A stretch of DNA of 64,000 bases from Planctomycetaceae bacterium (GCA_029259845.1 JAJDEI010000109.1:222-64221); one strand, 5' to 3'; numbered from the stretch's first letter, positions 24,081-34,196 are shown. A program made the numbers and translations. The notes: a model not told the origin generated them from the letters alone.

Positions 24081-26087
24081 TCAAGCGGCGACTGTCGGGC
24101 TGTCAAAACGGTCCGACGGTGTCTCGCAATTGAATCGGGCGTGTAGGGAATCCCAATCGACGACGAGGGTCCCGCCGCTGCTTTCGTGTTGTTTGGCCCA
24201 GTTCATCAGCAGGTCGAGGCAGGCATGGTCAATGTGATTGAGCCGCTCGAAATCGACGTGCAACTCGACGTGATTCGGGACCTTTTCCAGCTGAGAGGCC
24301 AGCAATGGCAGCCGAATAAACGTGGCCGCTCCTATGAGAACCAGGTCGGCTTTTGAGTTGTCGGTATCGACATTCAGCCGCACAACCAAGTGAGAAAACT
24401 TGTAGAGGAGTTGCGCCGCCGACAATCCGATGCCGGTCAGCACGCCCGTCAATAAATCTGTGGTGATGATCATCCCCAGCGTGGTGAAGTAGATCGCGAG
24501 TTCTCCCCAGCCGTATTTTTTGAGCCCACGGATAGCCTTGAAGTCGACCAAATTGTAGCCGGTGTAAACGAGCATGGCGGCCAGAGCGGCCGTGGGGATC
24601 ATGCGCATCGCAAAGGCGAGGACCGCCACGAAAATCAACAGCCACAATCCGTGCAGGATTGTGGAGAGGCGTGTTTTCGCACCAGCTTCGACGTTGGCCG
24701 CACTCCTGACGATGACCCCTGTCATCGGCAGTGCCCCCAACAGGCCACAGATCATGTTGCCAAATCCCTGCGCAGCCAATTCCCGGTCGTAGTTCGTGCG
24801 GATGTCAGATTGCATCTGGTCGACGGCGGTTGCACAGAGGAGGGTTTCAGCACTTGCCACCGCCGCCAGGACAACGCCCGCCTGGAGGAGCGCGGCCAGG
24901 GGTGTGGAACTGATGACGTTCCACGACGGGAAATGAATCTCGCTCCACAGGTTGTCCGGCAATTCGACGTAGAGCACGGGCAGCTTCAGCATCGTGGTCG
25001 CAACAGTCGCGACCACAACGGCGACGAGCGGCGCGGGGATCAGCTTCAGTTTCGCTGGCGCGGCCCCTTTCCAAAGCAACAACACCCCAATTGTCAACAG
25101 GCCGACTTTGGCGGCCCAGTCATGATTCTTCTGTTCGCCGAGTGCCTGTTCCAGACTCTGCAGCAACTCCCCCTGCGATGTGCGGACTTGTTCAACGCGG
25201 CCCTGCTGCAAATCGTCCAGTGCGACTTGCATTTTCTCCAATGCCTGCCTGGCGGCTTCATGGTTGACGACAGATCCGGGCTCTGTGCCGGAGATCCCCT
25301 GTGCCTCAAGAGTTGCGACCAAGGAGGCCAGACGGTCGGAAAGAACCTGCTGCTTTTCGGCGAGTGGCTCCAGCAGGGAAGCTTCCGGAAGTGGGACCTT
25401 CCGGTGATGCGCCGCGTGGTCATGGACCGGATCCTCAGACGTCATGGGAATCCGTTCGGCCGCTGACTCCCGAAGCTGCGTCTGCTGCTCATGCAAGGCT
25501 CCGAACTGCTGAAGAAGGTCTCGCCGCATCCTTCGTTCCTGCGGCGTGCCCAATTCGGGCAGGGGCAGCCCCTTTTGAATTGCTGCGGGAATCGATACCA
25601 GATTCTGGATGCCGTTGCCTTTGGGATCGTCGTCAACCATGACATGGAACTGGCTGGAAAAGATCAGGACGCCGATTCCGGCGAGCATGCCGTGGATCAC
25701 TGCCGGAGAGACCGCTCGGAACCATCGGCCGCAACGAAGCAACCCCGCGAGCAGCTGCAGCATGCCACCGATGAAGACGGCGATTCCCAGAACTTCCAAT
25801 CCGTGACGCTGGACCAGATCGAAAACGATGATGGTCAGTCCAGCCGCCGGACCGCTGACCTGAAGAGGGGCCCCCGAGATCCAACCGACAATCAGGCCGC
25901 CGACGATTCCCGTGATTAGCCCGGCGGCAACCGGCACCCCCGAAGCAATGGCAATCCCCATGCAAAGGGGCAAAGCCACAAGAAACACAACAATCGATGC
26001 CAGAAAATCTTGCCGGGGAGCAGAAAACAGGCCACTGGGACCCGCCGCTTCGCTCCCGGTCTTGCGAAAGTTGGTTCCGTGATTCAT
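24081..26087 (-). CDS. SulP-family anion transporter with C-terminal STAS domain
   Basis: DFLASIVVFLVALPLCMGIAIASGVP...GLIVGWISGAPLQVSGPAAG and later SulP TM blocks, then a STAS-like tail (DLVLIGAATFIRLPLL...HIDHACLDLL). Start set at MNHGTNFRK (26087); the 105 upstream codons of the track ORF look non-coding. Confidence 0.85.
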   Translation of the reverse strand: MNHGTNFRKTGSEAAGPSGLFSAPRQDFLASIVVFLVALPLCMGIAIASGVPVAAGLITGIVGGLIVGWISGAPLQVSGPAAGLTIIVFDLVQRHGLEVLGIAVFIGGMLQLLAGLLRCGRWFRAVSPAVIHGMLAGIGVLIFSSQFHVMVDDDPKGNGIQNLVSIPAAIQKGLPLPELGTPQERRMRRDLLQQFGALHEQQTQLRESAAERIPMTSEDPVHDHAAHHRKVPLPEASLLEPLAEKQQVLSDRLASLVATLEAQGISGTEPGSVVNHEAARQALEKMQVALDDLQQGRVEQVRTSQGELLQSLEQALGEQKNHDWAAKVGLLTIGVLLLWKGAAPAKLKLIPAPLVAVVVATVATTMLKLPVLYVELPDNLWSEIHFPSWNVISSTPLAALLQAGVVLAAVASAETLLCATAVDQMQSDIRTNYDRELAAQGFGNMICGLLGALPMTGVIVRSAANVEAGAKTRLSTILHGLWLLIFVAVLAFAMRMIPTAALAAMLVYTGYNLVDFKAIRGLKKYGWGELAIYFTTLGMIITTDLLTGVLTGIGLSAAQLLYKFSHLVVRLNVDTDNSKADLVLIGAATFIRLPLLASQLEKVPNHVELHVDFERLNHIDHACLDLLMNWAKQHESSGGTLVVDWDSLHARFNCETPSDRFDSPTVAA

Positions 26088-26278
26088 CGTTGATTCCCGA
26101 AAAAAAGTGACTCGATTGCCGCACCCGTCGCCGCACGTTCCACGTGATTTGCCGATACCGCGCGCGGACGATTGAGAGGCCGCACAGGCGTGGATTGGGG
26201 GACCATCCGCCGTGTGGGGGCAGGGATGAGTCGTGCGTCTGCTGCCGCGAGCATCTCTCAAACGAAGCGGCAAGAGCA

Positions 26279-26944
26279 CTAAATGGGCGGCAACGCAAGA
26301 GTGTCGGACAGTGTTGCAAAGCTGGTTCCTTCGATCGGGACGAACTGGCTCTCTTGCGGGTGGAAGCCGAACACTTGCCCGGTCTCGAACTTGTACACCC
26401 AACCGTGAAGGTTCAGCGCCTTCCGTCCCAAAGCCGCCGCGACGCTCGGGTGTGTTCGCAGATGCTCGAGTTGGACGAGCACATTTTCTTCCACCGTTGC
26501 TGTCAGACGCGCCGCCGGATCGGTGATGTGGCTATAGTTCTCCTCGATAATCCGATGGGTCGATTCTGCATGGCGCAACCACGATCGGACGGCGGGAAGC
26601 TTTTCAAGTTGGGGCTGATCGAGCAGTCCTCCCATCGCCCCGCAGTGAGAATGGCCGCAGATCACGATGTCTTTCACGCCGAGCACACTCACCGCATACT
26701 CGATCGTGGCCGCTTCGCCGCCTTCGACGGCTCCATAAGGAGGCACAATATTGCCGGCGTTTCGCAGAATGAACAGCTCGCCCGGTTCGGTCTGAGTGAG
26801 CAGGTTGGGGTTGATCCGGGAATCCGAGCAGGTGATGAACAACGCCAGCGGCGTCTGACCGTCGACTAAATGTTCGAACAGCCGCTGCTTCGAACTGAAA
26901 ATGTCATTCTGAAACTGATGAATGCCTTCAACGAGCTTTTGCAT
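26279..26944 (-). CDS. can: beta-class carbonic anhydrase
   Basis: [12 protein letters not shown]...[10 protein letters not shown]...[11 protein letters not shown]: the Cys-Asp-Arg and His-x-x-Cys zinc-ligand pattern of beta-CAs. Start at [11 protein letters not shown] (26944). Confidence 0.9.
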   Translation of the reverse strand: MQKLVEGIHQFQNDIFSSKQRLFEHLVDGQTPLALFITCSDSRINPNLLTQTEPGELFILRNAGNIVPPYGAVEGGEAATIEYAVSVLGVKDIVICGHSHCGAMGGLLDQPQLEKLPAVRSWLRHAESTHRIIEENYSHITDPAARLTATVEENVLVQLEHLRTHPSVAAALGRKALNLHGWVYKFETGQVFGFHPQESQFVPIEGTSFATLSDTLALPPI

Positions 26945-27139
26945 GAGCGAGAATCTCCACGGTGAATGCCGGCGCAGCGAACGACTCGTCTCCGGTATCT
27001 TCGGGCACCTGACGAGCGCGTGATTGGCGAGAAAGGGGAACCGGGCAGAGTGCGCAGCCGCCGTGAGAAACACGCTCGGCAGGCAGGCAGTTGCCGCGGA
27101 CGCAGCCGAAAAGACGGCGTCAAGACGCGCGCGCGTTCA

Positions 27140-27493
27140 CTAGTTCATTAGAGGCGCGCTGATGCCATTGGCAAGCTGATGGCCCACAATTGCCGGCAGC
27201 CGGGCGGTGCGCGACGCGATCTGGCCAAGCCGGTCGGTTGCGCCGCAAGGCTGATGGAATGCGCGGTGGCGAAGCTCGTTCAGGCGATGCCGCGCCGCAG
27301 AACAGGCAACCAGTTCGTTTTCAGCGCCTTCTCCGTTTTCCTGGCAGGGACACTCCCCCTCCGCTGATTCCGCGCAGCAGCTCAGCACGGTGACGTGGGG
27401 AAGTGCCAAGAAGGCGACGGCGCAAAGACAGATCAACGCATGTGCGAGCTGGGAAAATAGTTGCGACGTTGTCAATCGTCCCTGGCGGGTCAT
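27140..27493 (-). CDS. small hypothetical membrane/secreted Cys-rich protein
   Basis: 117-aa ORF with an ATG start, a hydrophobic N-terminal segment (LAHALICLCAVAFLALP) and a CCAESAEGECPC cluster. It lies directly upstream of the CA-SulP genes on the same strand. No family recognised. Confidence 0.35.
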   Translation of the reverse strand: MTRQGRLTTSQLFSQLAHALICLCAVAFLALPHVTVLSCCAESAEGECPCQENGEGAENELVACSAARHRLNELRHRAFHQPCGATDRLGQIASRTARLPAIVGHQLANGISAPLMN

Positions 27494-27808
27494 GACAGCC
27501 TTTCCGCGAAGAGATCGGAGACACTTGCCTCAGCCCCTGATAGGGCGTCCGGACTCGACGGTCCGCATTGTATGCCAAACCGAGAAACGCGTCAAAACGG
27601 GTTTCTGGGCGCCAAAGGCGTATCGGCACGATTCGCCGTGCTCCGCTGTTTGGTCCTGCTTCACGGCGTCAATTCCCAAATTTGGGCCTGGAAAGGAACG
27701 CCGTCGGAGGCCAGTCCCGCGTACAGTTTGCCCCGATGCCGGGCCAGACGGTAGACCCATTCGGCCCCCCGGTCCACCAGCCGCGCTGCCGATTTCACCA
27801 ATCAGGTC

Positions 27809-28807
27809 GTGTGGGATCCGGACGTGAACGCCCATCGCCTGTTCACTCGGACCGACTTCGGCTGGGGTGGCGGCCCCTTTGCCGGGATGGTTGACGTCAA
27901 AGTCGGTGACAAGATGTTGGAGGTCCGGGGCATGCGGTCCCTGATCAACCCCGACCTGAAAGCCGATCCCACCGGCTGGAAAGTCGAGCATCACTGGCTC
28001 CTCGACGGCGAAGAGCAGCTCTCCAGGGACCGCCCGCCGATCGGCGAACGGCTCAAGGATCCCAAATACCTGGAGCAATTGCGGCAGCAGGCCTTGCGAC
28101 GGCAGATTTATGTGATGACCGACTGGGGTTACGAAGGCGTGCATTTCGGGCTGATGGCGGTTCTGGAACACCCGACCGACGTTAGCGAGGGCGTGGAGAA
28201 CGACTACATCACGCGGCACGAGCGGAGTGTTGAGAACGACTACATCGTCACCAGCCGGGACGGAGTCGGCTGGGATTTCCACTGGGTCTACGCAGGGCAC
28301 CCTCTGGTGCCGCGGGGACCGGCGGGAGCCTGGGATAAAGACATGGTCTTCCCGACGAGCCAGATCATCACCCAGCAGGACAAGCACTGGATTTACTACT
28401 GGGGGAACAACGAGCGGCACGGGGCTGCCGAGAAAGGTGTCTGGTTTGTGCGCCAGGGAGGCATCGGGCTGGCCTGGCTTCGCCTCGACGGTTTCGTCGG
28501 CCTGGAGGCTGGTGAGCAGGCGGGCACGGTCATCACCAAACCGTTTGAACTGGAAGGCACGCACCTGCAGCTCAACGTGGATGCGGGCGACAGCGGCATC
28601 GTCCGGGTCGAAATGCTCGATTCAACGGGCACTCCCCTCCCGGAGTTTTCGGGCGACCTCGCGACGTCCTATCGCGGAGTCGACGAACTGCGGCTGGAAC
28701 CCGCCTGGAAGAACCATGCCGACCTGTCGGCTCTGAAAGGACAAGCCGTGCGACTGAAGATTTACTTGGAAAACGCCCGGCTGTACGCCTTTCAAATCCA
28801 ACCGTAA
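27809..28807 (+). CDS. hypothetical protein, glycoside-hydrolase-like beta-propeller plus beta-sandwich tail (family uncertain), possibly 5'-truncated
   Basis: 332-aa ORF with a GTG start and no signal peptide. It has propeller-like segments (VTSRDGVGWDFHWVY, KHWIYYWGNNERHG) and a jelly-roll-like tail (LQLNVDAGDSGIVRVEMLD...AVRLKIYLENARLYAFQIQP). It seems too short for a full five-bladed propeller plus tail. Confidence 0.45.
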   Translation: MWDPDVNAHRLFTRTDFGWGGGPFAGMVDVKVGDKMLEVRGMRSLINPDLKADPTGWKVEHHWLLDGEEQLSRDRPPIGERLKDPKYLEQLRQQALRRQIYVMTDWGYEGVHFGLMAVLEHPTDVSEGVENDYITRHERSVENDYIVTSRDGVGWDFHWVYAGHPLVPRGPAGAWDKDMVFPTSQIITQQDKHWIYYWGNNERHGAAEKGVWFVRQGGIGLAWLRLDGFVGLEAGEQAGTVITKPFELEGTHLQLNVDAGDSGIVRVEMLDSTGTPLPEFSGDLATSYRGVDELRLEPAWKNHADLSALKGQAVRLKIYLENARLYAFQIQP

Positions 28808-28835
28808 CCACCGGCGACGCGTGGACGTTGAGGAA

Positions 28836-29828
28836 TCAGTCGGTGATCGAGAGCCGCGTGGTCGCGTGCAGGTGGTGCTCGCTGGAGAGGATGCGGAAGC
28901 GGTTCCCGTCGACGGCGATGCCGCCAGTCGAGCGGAAATGGTTGGACTCGCCCAGATTGATCGGTCGGCTGGCGAGCTTGCGGAGGAGTCGGTCAGGCTC
29001 CTGATTCGTGTCGACGGCGAACAGCTCGGCGAGATCACGGCCGTCGGATGCGGTGTTGAAGCCGAACAGGAAAGTCGCTCCGGCGGCGTCTGAGACCAAC
29101 TGAATCGCCTGGTGGGAGCCGAAGCGGCGGTCCGGCTGCCAGTCCTGCTTGTCCGCTTTGTCGTCCCGCCAACGTCGGTCGAACACAAATCGGCACGTGG
29201 GATTTGCGAGCGGCTTGCCGTTGGAAACATAGAAGTCCAGCGCGCGGCTGTCCCAGTTGGCGACGGCCACAAGGTGGTCGTTTTTCCGACGGACCAGGCC
29301 CACAGCACCGGCCGTTTTCTCCTTCACCGCTCCGCGCCGCACGATCGTTAAATGCCGGAGTTGCTTGGGTTGCTTCGGATCGGAGACGTCCCAGAATTGA
29401 ATCTCCGAGCGGGTCTTGAGCTGATTATCCTCCAGACCCACGGCCAGGATGTCGCCCACCAGTTGGATTCCGCCCGCGTGCCGCAGCGGTGGCGATTGGC
29501 CGTCCGAGGGAAACCGATGCACCTGGAGCACGTGTCCAATCGCCGTCTGCCGCTCGGACAATTGGACGATGCACAGATAGGCTTCCGTGTCGGAATCGTG
29601 AGACAGAAAAACGAGAGGGTGCCCGCCGTTGGCATCGGGCCGCATCTGGATTCCCTGCAGGTGGCCCCCCACAGGCAAGTCGAAGTTTCCGAGCCGAAAC
29701 CGGACGCTTCGGCTTTCCGCCGGGATGTTCGCAAAGTCCCTCTCGACATCCGCGACCTGTCCCCGGGCAGGACCTGCCTCACCCAGTACGAGCCCCACGA
29801 ACAGGATCAGGCGAACAGGGTAATTCAT
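28836..29828 (-). CDS. hypothetical secreted protein
   Basis: Start MNYPVRLILFVGLVLGEAGPARG (signal peptide) and repeated beta-rich segments. No motif recognised. Confidence 0.55.
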   Translation of the reverse strand: MNYPVRLILFVGLVLGEAGPARGQVADVERDFANIPAESRSVRFRLGNFDLPVGGHLQGIQMRPDANGGHPLVFLSHDSDTEAYLCIVQLSERQTAIGHVLQVHRFPSDGQSPPLRHAGGIQLVGDILAVGLEDNQLKTRSEIQFWDVSDPKQPKQLRHLTIVRRGAVKEKTAGAVGLVRRKNDHLVAVANWDSRALDFYVSNGKPLANPTCRFVFDRRWRDDKADKQDWQPDRRFGSHQAIQLVSDAAGATFLFGFNTASDGRDLAELFAVDTNQEPDRLLRKLASRPINLGESNHFRSTGGIAVDGNRFRILSSEHHLHATTRLSITD

Positions 29829-29950
29829 GTTGTCATGCTCCCAACGGTCTGGCCCATCGCACAGCCGAGACGGCAGAGGCACGGCGCACGAAGATTTCAA
29901 CAAGCTGCGAAATCGTGTGCAAGTACGGCGCTGCGATCACCGGCTCCGTA

Positions 29951-30454
29951 TCATGGCCGAAACTGCTGCACGGCGGCGACGGCCAGTTCGTCGCAGCGTT
30001 CGTTTTCCGGATGGCCGCTGTGCCCTTTCACGACCGTAAAGCGGACGTCGTGTTTTGTGAGCAGGTCGTCGAGTTGTTGCCAGAGTTCGACGTTCTTGAC
30101 CGGCTTCCAGCTCTTGCGTTCGCGGCGGCGCCAGCCGTTCTTTTTCCAGCCGGGCATCCATTCGGCGGCCCCTTTCGCCACGTAGACGCTGTCGGTGACC
30201 ACTTCGACACAAGAGCGGGACTTGAGGGCGGTGAGACCCTCGATGACCGCTTGCAGTTCCATCTGGTTGTTGGTGGTCTGAGCCGCTCCGCCGGAGCCTT
30301 CTTTTTCAGTGTCGGAGGCCGGATGCTTGAGGATGTAGGCCCAGCCTCCGGGTCCCGGATTCCCGCTGCATGCGCCATCGGTGTACAATCGCACGAAGGG
30401 CGGAATCGCGGAGGGCGAAGGCGCGGCGGGGGCTGAGTCGCCATCTGCGGCCAT
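29951..30454 (-). CDS. rnhA: ribonuclease HI
   Basis: LYTDGACSGNPGPGGWAYIL...TNNQMELQAVIEGL...VVTDSVYV...WKKNGW...VKGHSGHPENERCDELA: the DEDD catalytic pattern of RNase H1. Confidence 0.9.
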   Translation of the reverse strand: MAADGDSAPAAPSPSAIPPFVRLYTDGACSGNPGPGGWAYILKHPASDTEKEGSGGAAQTTNNQMELQAVIEGLTALKSRSCVEVVTDSVYVAKGAAEWMPGWKKNGWRRRERKSWKPVKNVELWQQLDDLLTKHDVRFTVVKGHSGHPENERCDELAVAAVQQFRP

Positions 30455-30498
30455 GAGCAGCGATCCCTGTTGGTGGTCGAGGCGAGATTGCCCGGCGT

Positions 30499-30717
30499 CT
30501 ACCGCTCGCGGTAGGTGATGCGGCCTCGGTTGGGATCGTATGGAGAGATTTCGACGGTCACCTTGTCGCCGGGAACGATGCGGATAAAGTGTTTGCGCAT
30601 TTTACCGGCCACGTGCGCCATCACGATATGTCCGCCTTCAATTTCGACGCGGAACTGTGTGTTGGCGAGCGCTTCGACAACGGTGCCGTCAACAGGAATA
30701 GCCTCTTCCTTCGCCAT
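30499..30717 (-). CDS. infA: translation initiation factor IF-1
   Basis: 72 aa: [72 protein letters not shown]. Confidence 0.95.
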   Translation of the reverse strand: MAKEEAIPVDGTVVEALANTQFRVEIEGGHIVMAHVAGKMRKHFIRIVPGDKVTVEISPYDPNRGRITYRER

Positions 30718-30962
30718 AGGCGTGCGATCTCCTCGGTGGGCAAAATGAGTTGGTGGGACAGCTGGCTGATTGTATCAGTCCCCACTTGAAAGGACAAAGC
30801 CGCCCTTGGGAATTCTCCGAGGGGCGTGCCGAGGCTGACTGGCAGTGGTTGGAGATTCCGCTGAACAGAGACCGCGGATCAAGCGGATTCCCGCGGACAC
30901 GGACACGACGGGCCCAAGACTGCCGGAACGCGACGGCAACTGGGACGTCGTGGTGTTTCGCC

Positions 30963-30985
30963 CCCCAAAGCCGACGGCTTTGGGG
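30963..30985. repeat. short perfect hairpin (10-bp stem, 3-nt loop)
   Basis: CCCCAAAGCC-gac-GGCTTTGGGG, followed by a related imperfect CGACGGC-aga-GCCGACGG. Same style as CGACGGC-tct-GCCGTCG at 35398-35414. Confidence 0.7.
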
Positions 30986-31134
30986 CTGAACGATCGACGG
31001 CAGAGCCGACGGCTCGGGAACGTTGGGGCGGGACGGATGCCTTCCGCCAACGATCGCTGAGCGACCATTGACCGGTCGCAACCGCGCGGGGCTCTGATGG
31101 AGGTGCTCCGTTCGCCTCGCTCAGCACGACGACG

Positions 31135-33591
31135 TTATGGTCCGTCTGCTCCGCCGAAGGTGCCGAAGTAGGCGTCGAATGAGGACGGTTCGGATGCGCT
31201 CGACGGTGTGAAGCCTGGCGGCGCGGGTGCGTCGGTCGGCGGGGACGGGGCGGCTGACGTCGGCGACTGGGCGGGAGCGGATTCGAACATCCAGGCGGTC
31301 TCCGCCGAATTCCGGGGCCCGGCGTCTTTGCCGATGGGGCGACTGGCAGGCGGGAGTTGTGGCTCGGGCGGCGGTGAGGGTGACGTCTTGACGGGCGGTG
31401 GCAAGGTGCCGCGCGGGACATCCGCGTCCGACCCATCGAGATTCGGTCCGTCTGACGGGCCATCCAATGGACCGGCCGGCTTGTCGGAATCGTTACGCGG
31501 AGCCGTCTCTTCGAGAGCTGGTTCCGACGGCGGGCCCGCATCCGTCAAGGGGTGGGCGAACGTCACGCCGCCGGGCGGGGTCTGCCGGGCGAAAGCTGCC
31601 GGCTCCGTGTGTTTGAGCGAGCTGTTGATCGCCCCCGTGCGGAGCTGGGCACGCCGGTAGGCATCGACATACGCGTCCGGATCCCATCCGCCCTCCAACA
31701 GTCGGATGTTGGCATCCTCCAGCAGCGTTCCTTTGCGGAAATGCAGATTGGTCAAACTCTTGTTGTAATCGACGATGGAAGAAAAGAAGGCGACCTCCGC
31801 CTGGGCGCGTCGTTCCTGGGCACGCAGCACCTCGTCGATCGTTTTGATTTCGCCCGCTTCCTGCAGTTCGATGGTTTCGACGTTGTCGATGGCCGCATCC
31901 CGGCGGCTGAAGTTGGACTCGGCGGCGGCGTAGGCGCGGGTCAGTTCCTGGAAGCCGGCCGCCAGTTCGTGGCCGATCTCCATCTCCTGCACGTAGAGCA
32001 CTTCGCGAGCCTTGGCCAGGCGAATCTCGATGTTGCGAACCTGGGCGTGGGCCTGCCGGAAACCGACGGGCATCGACAATTCAAACCCGAGGCCCCAACC
32101 GGTTTGGTTTCCTTGTGTGATCGTCTCATAGTAGCTGTTGAAGCCTTGGGCAGTGCTTCCGTCTCCATCTTTTTGGCTGAGCAATCTGTCACCGAAGCCG
32201 TTGACCGAATAGTTGCCGACGAAGTCCAGCCGCGGTCGTGTGAGACTCTTGGCTGCCTTGAGCTGGAGTTCGAGACTTTTGATGCTCCATTTTTGTTTGC
32301 GCAGTTCGACCCGGTGGGTGAGGGCTTCCGCCAGGCTGATCTCCCAGTCCGGCAGATACTGTGCGGTCACCGGCTCATTCGACGGGCGGATGACCCGGCC
32401 TTCGTTGATCGGCAGTCCCAGCAGACGCCGCAGCCGCGTCTCGGCGGTGAAGATTCCGGACCGCGAGTTTTTGACCGCCGCTTCCGCGGCCCAATACTGG
32501 TCACGCGACTGGGACTCGGCGGAGACGTCGATGTCGGCTCCCAGGTCGACCCGAATTTTGGAGAATCGCCACGTGGCGAGTGCGGAATTCCGAGCGGTGA
32601 CAGCGGTGTCGAAATTGCGGTAGGCCAGGTACAGGTCCCAGTAGGTGTCCTCGACGTCCTTGACCAGATTGCGGATCGCCGCTTGGAAGTCTGCAATGGT
32701 GATGTCGTTGTTGATGCGGGCGATTACGACACCTTGAGTGACACCACTCAGCCCGCCAAAGCTTTGCGCGATTGGCCCAGCGATCCCGGTGTACTCGGTC
32801 CCGGAACCGGCCAACAAGGGATGACGGTATCGGGCACCGACGTTCCCCGTGTAGGCGGAGGGAAACAACTGTCCGGGGATATTCGACCCCAGGTAGTTCA
32901 CGCTATGGCCAACCTGCAGTTGTCCACCATTCCCGAATACCTTACTGAGGCCGGACTGGAACGCACCCGTTTCGCTGGTGCGGGTGAAACCGGGGGCGAG
33001 TCCTCCGCTCAAGAATGCGTTGTTCGTAACTTGCTCATCTCGTCCCCAGAGCATACTGGCTGTGAGGTTGGCGTCGAACGCGGCCAGCGCGGCTTCGGCG
33101 CCTCGTGTTCCGAACAACACGCCCGATTCCTGGATGGCCGGGTCGTGCACCGATGGGGTCCGGTCGCCCGACGTCAGCAACGTGTTGCCGGGTGAGAGAA
33201 ACTGTCCGGCGCTGCGGATCACGCGGTTGTTTCTCAGAGCAATGGCGACAGCCTCGGCGAGCGGCATGTCCCACGGCTCGGACCGTTCCTCGCTCAGCAG
33301 GGTGTGCGGTTCACCGGAATAGGCGACCTCATGGGGGGTGCTGGTGCAAACGTCCGGATAGTTGATGGTCTCGGCATAGTCGCGGTAGTGCTGCACCGGA
33401 TCGTCGTGCGGGTAGTGCAGCGGATCGGTCCGATGCACGCAGCCACTGAGCAGAACAGCCAGCGCCGTCGCTGCGCGGGCCAACTTCGCGGGGCGGACAG
33501 GGGGACTCGCTGCGCGAACAGCCGCCAAAATGCGGACTTTGAGAGAGGGAAGAACCATATCCGCCGTTGGGTCAGAGTGTTGTGCTGTCAA
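31135..33591 (-). CDS. TolC-family outer membrane channel protein with Pro-rich C-terminal extension
   Basis: Possible lipobox LLSGC and two TolC-like helical repeat halves (VKDVEDTYWDLYLAYRNFDTAVTARNSALATWR...; ...RAQERRAQAEVAFFSSIVDYNKSLTNLHFRKGTLLE). The last about 170 aa are P/S/A-rich. Confidence 0.75.
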   Translation of the reverse strand: MTAQHSDPTADMVLPSLKVRILAAVRAASPPVRPAKLARAATALAVLLSGCVHRTDPLHYPHDDPVQHYRDYAETINYPDVCTSTPHEVAYSGEPHTLLSEERSEPWDMPLAEAVAIALRNNRVIRSAGQFLSPGNTLLTSGDRTPSVHDPAIQESGVLFGTRGAEAALAAFDANLTASMLWGRDEQVTNNAFLSGGLAPGFTRTSETGAFQSGLSKVFGNGGQLQVGHSVNYLGSNIPGQLFPSAYTGNVGARYRHPLLAGSGTEYTGIAGPIAQSFGGLSGVTQGVVIARINNDITIADFQAAIRNLVKDVEDTYWDLYLAYRNFDTAVTARNSALATWRFSKIRVDLGADIDVSAESQSRDQYWAAEAAVKNSRSGIFTAETRLRRLLGLPINEGRVIRPSNEPVTAQYLPDWEISLAEALTHRVELRKQKWSIKSLELQLKAAKSLTRPRLDFVGNYSVNGFGDRLLSQKDGDGSTAQGFNSYYETITQGNQTGWGLGFELSMPVGFRQAHAQVRNIEIRLAKAREVLYVQEMEIGHELAAGFQELTRAYAAAESNFSRRDAAIDNVETIELQEAGEIKTIDEVLRAQERRAQAEVAFFSSIVDYNKSLTNLHFRKGTLLEDANIRLLEGGWDPDAYVDAYRRAQLRTGAINSSLKHTEPAAFARQTPPGGVTFAHPLTDAGPPSEPALEETAPRNDSDKPAGPLDGPSDGPNLDGSDADVPRGTLPPPVKTSPSPPPEPQLPPASRPIGKDAGPRNSAETAWMFESAPAQSPTSAAPSPPTDAPAPPGFTPSSASEPSSFDAYFGTFGGADGP

Positions 33592-33657
33592 ACGGGGTGA
33601 GCGAACCGCGCCAAAAGCGGCTGCTCCCTCACATTCGTCATCACAACTATCGGCGGT

Positions 33658-33945
33658 TCAAACCTCATGGGATGACCGATTGGCACGGTCAACCACATCG
33701 ATAGAGGGCCTACCGGCCAATTTTTTAACCAGAATTACCTCCCCGGCGTCATTTCCCTCAATTGCGTGACCGGCAAACTGCAACAGGTAACCGGCCACAA
33801 AGGACGCACCTGCCCAAACCGTCTGCCCCTCGATCAACAGGATGACCGGCAGCACGAACGTCACCGGCAACCCGATCCCGTGCAGCAGCCGGTTCGCCGG
33901 ATGCTGGTGACGGACGGCGTAGTTCGTCAGAAAACGGCGGAGCAT
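33658..33945 (-). CDS. DUF962 (Mpo1-like) family small membrane protein
   Basis: MLRRFLTNYAVRHQHPANRLLHGIGLPVTFVLPV...GYLLQFAGHAIEGN: the H-x-N-xx-N/H...HxxE pattern of DUF962. Start set at the internal ATG at 33945. Confidence 0.6.
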   Translation of the reverse strand: MLRRFLTNYAVRHQHPANRLLHGIGLPVTFVLPVILLIEGQTVWAGASFVAGYLLQFAGHAIEGNDAGEVILVKKLAGRPSIDVVDRANRSSHEV

Positions 33946-34101
33946 GGCGGGCAAGTTCAATGACGAATGTCGAAGTCGGAGTTGGAATGACGAAGGAAAT
34001 ACGAATGTCCGCATCACGAAGAATCCATCGCCGGCGGCCTTGTTCCTATCGGTCAGTCGTTTCCAATCGGGCAGTCCGATTCTGTATGACACAAGTTCAT
34101 T

Positions 34102-34196
34102 ACGCCGAAGGCGTTCAACATCACAGCCCAGCGTCGCGAACGAAGTGAGCGCACCCTGGGGCACCGACGAATGAATCAACAACCCTGAAAGGGTTG
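34102..34196. repeat. REP-like hairpin cluster between hisF and the DUF962 gene
   Basis: ACGCC-gaa-GGCGT (34102-34114), imperfect CCCAGCGTCGC...GCGCACCCTGGG (34127-34160), CAACCCT-gaa-AGGGTTG (34180-34196). Confidence 0.65.

Noticed and set aside
24081-26402. Full 773-codon track ORF taken as the SulP CDS.
   Set aside because: The first 105 codons are R/C/G-rich with no transporter similarity and overlap the CA gene's 3' end. The family-typical N-terminus begins at Met106 (26087).
27530-28564. 344-codon reverse ORF overlapping the 27809-28807 gene.
   Set aside because: Its composition is shadow-like, and the forward product has coherent beta-propeller and jelly-roll-like segments.
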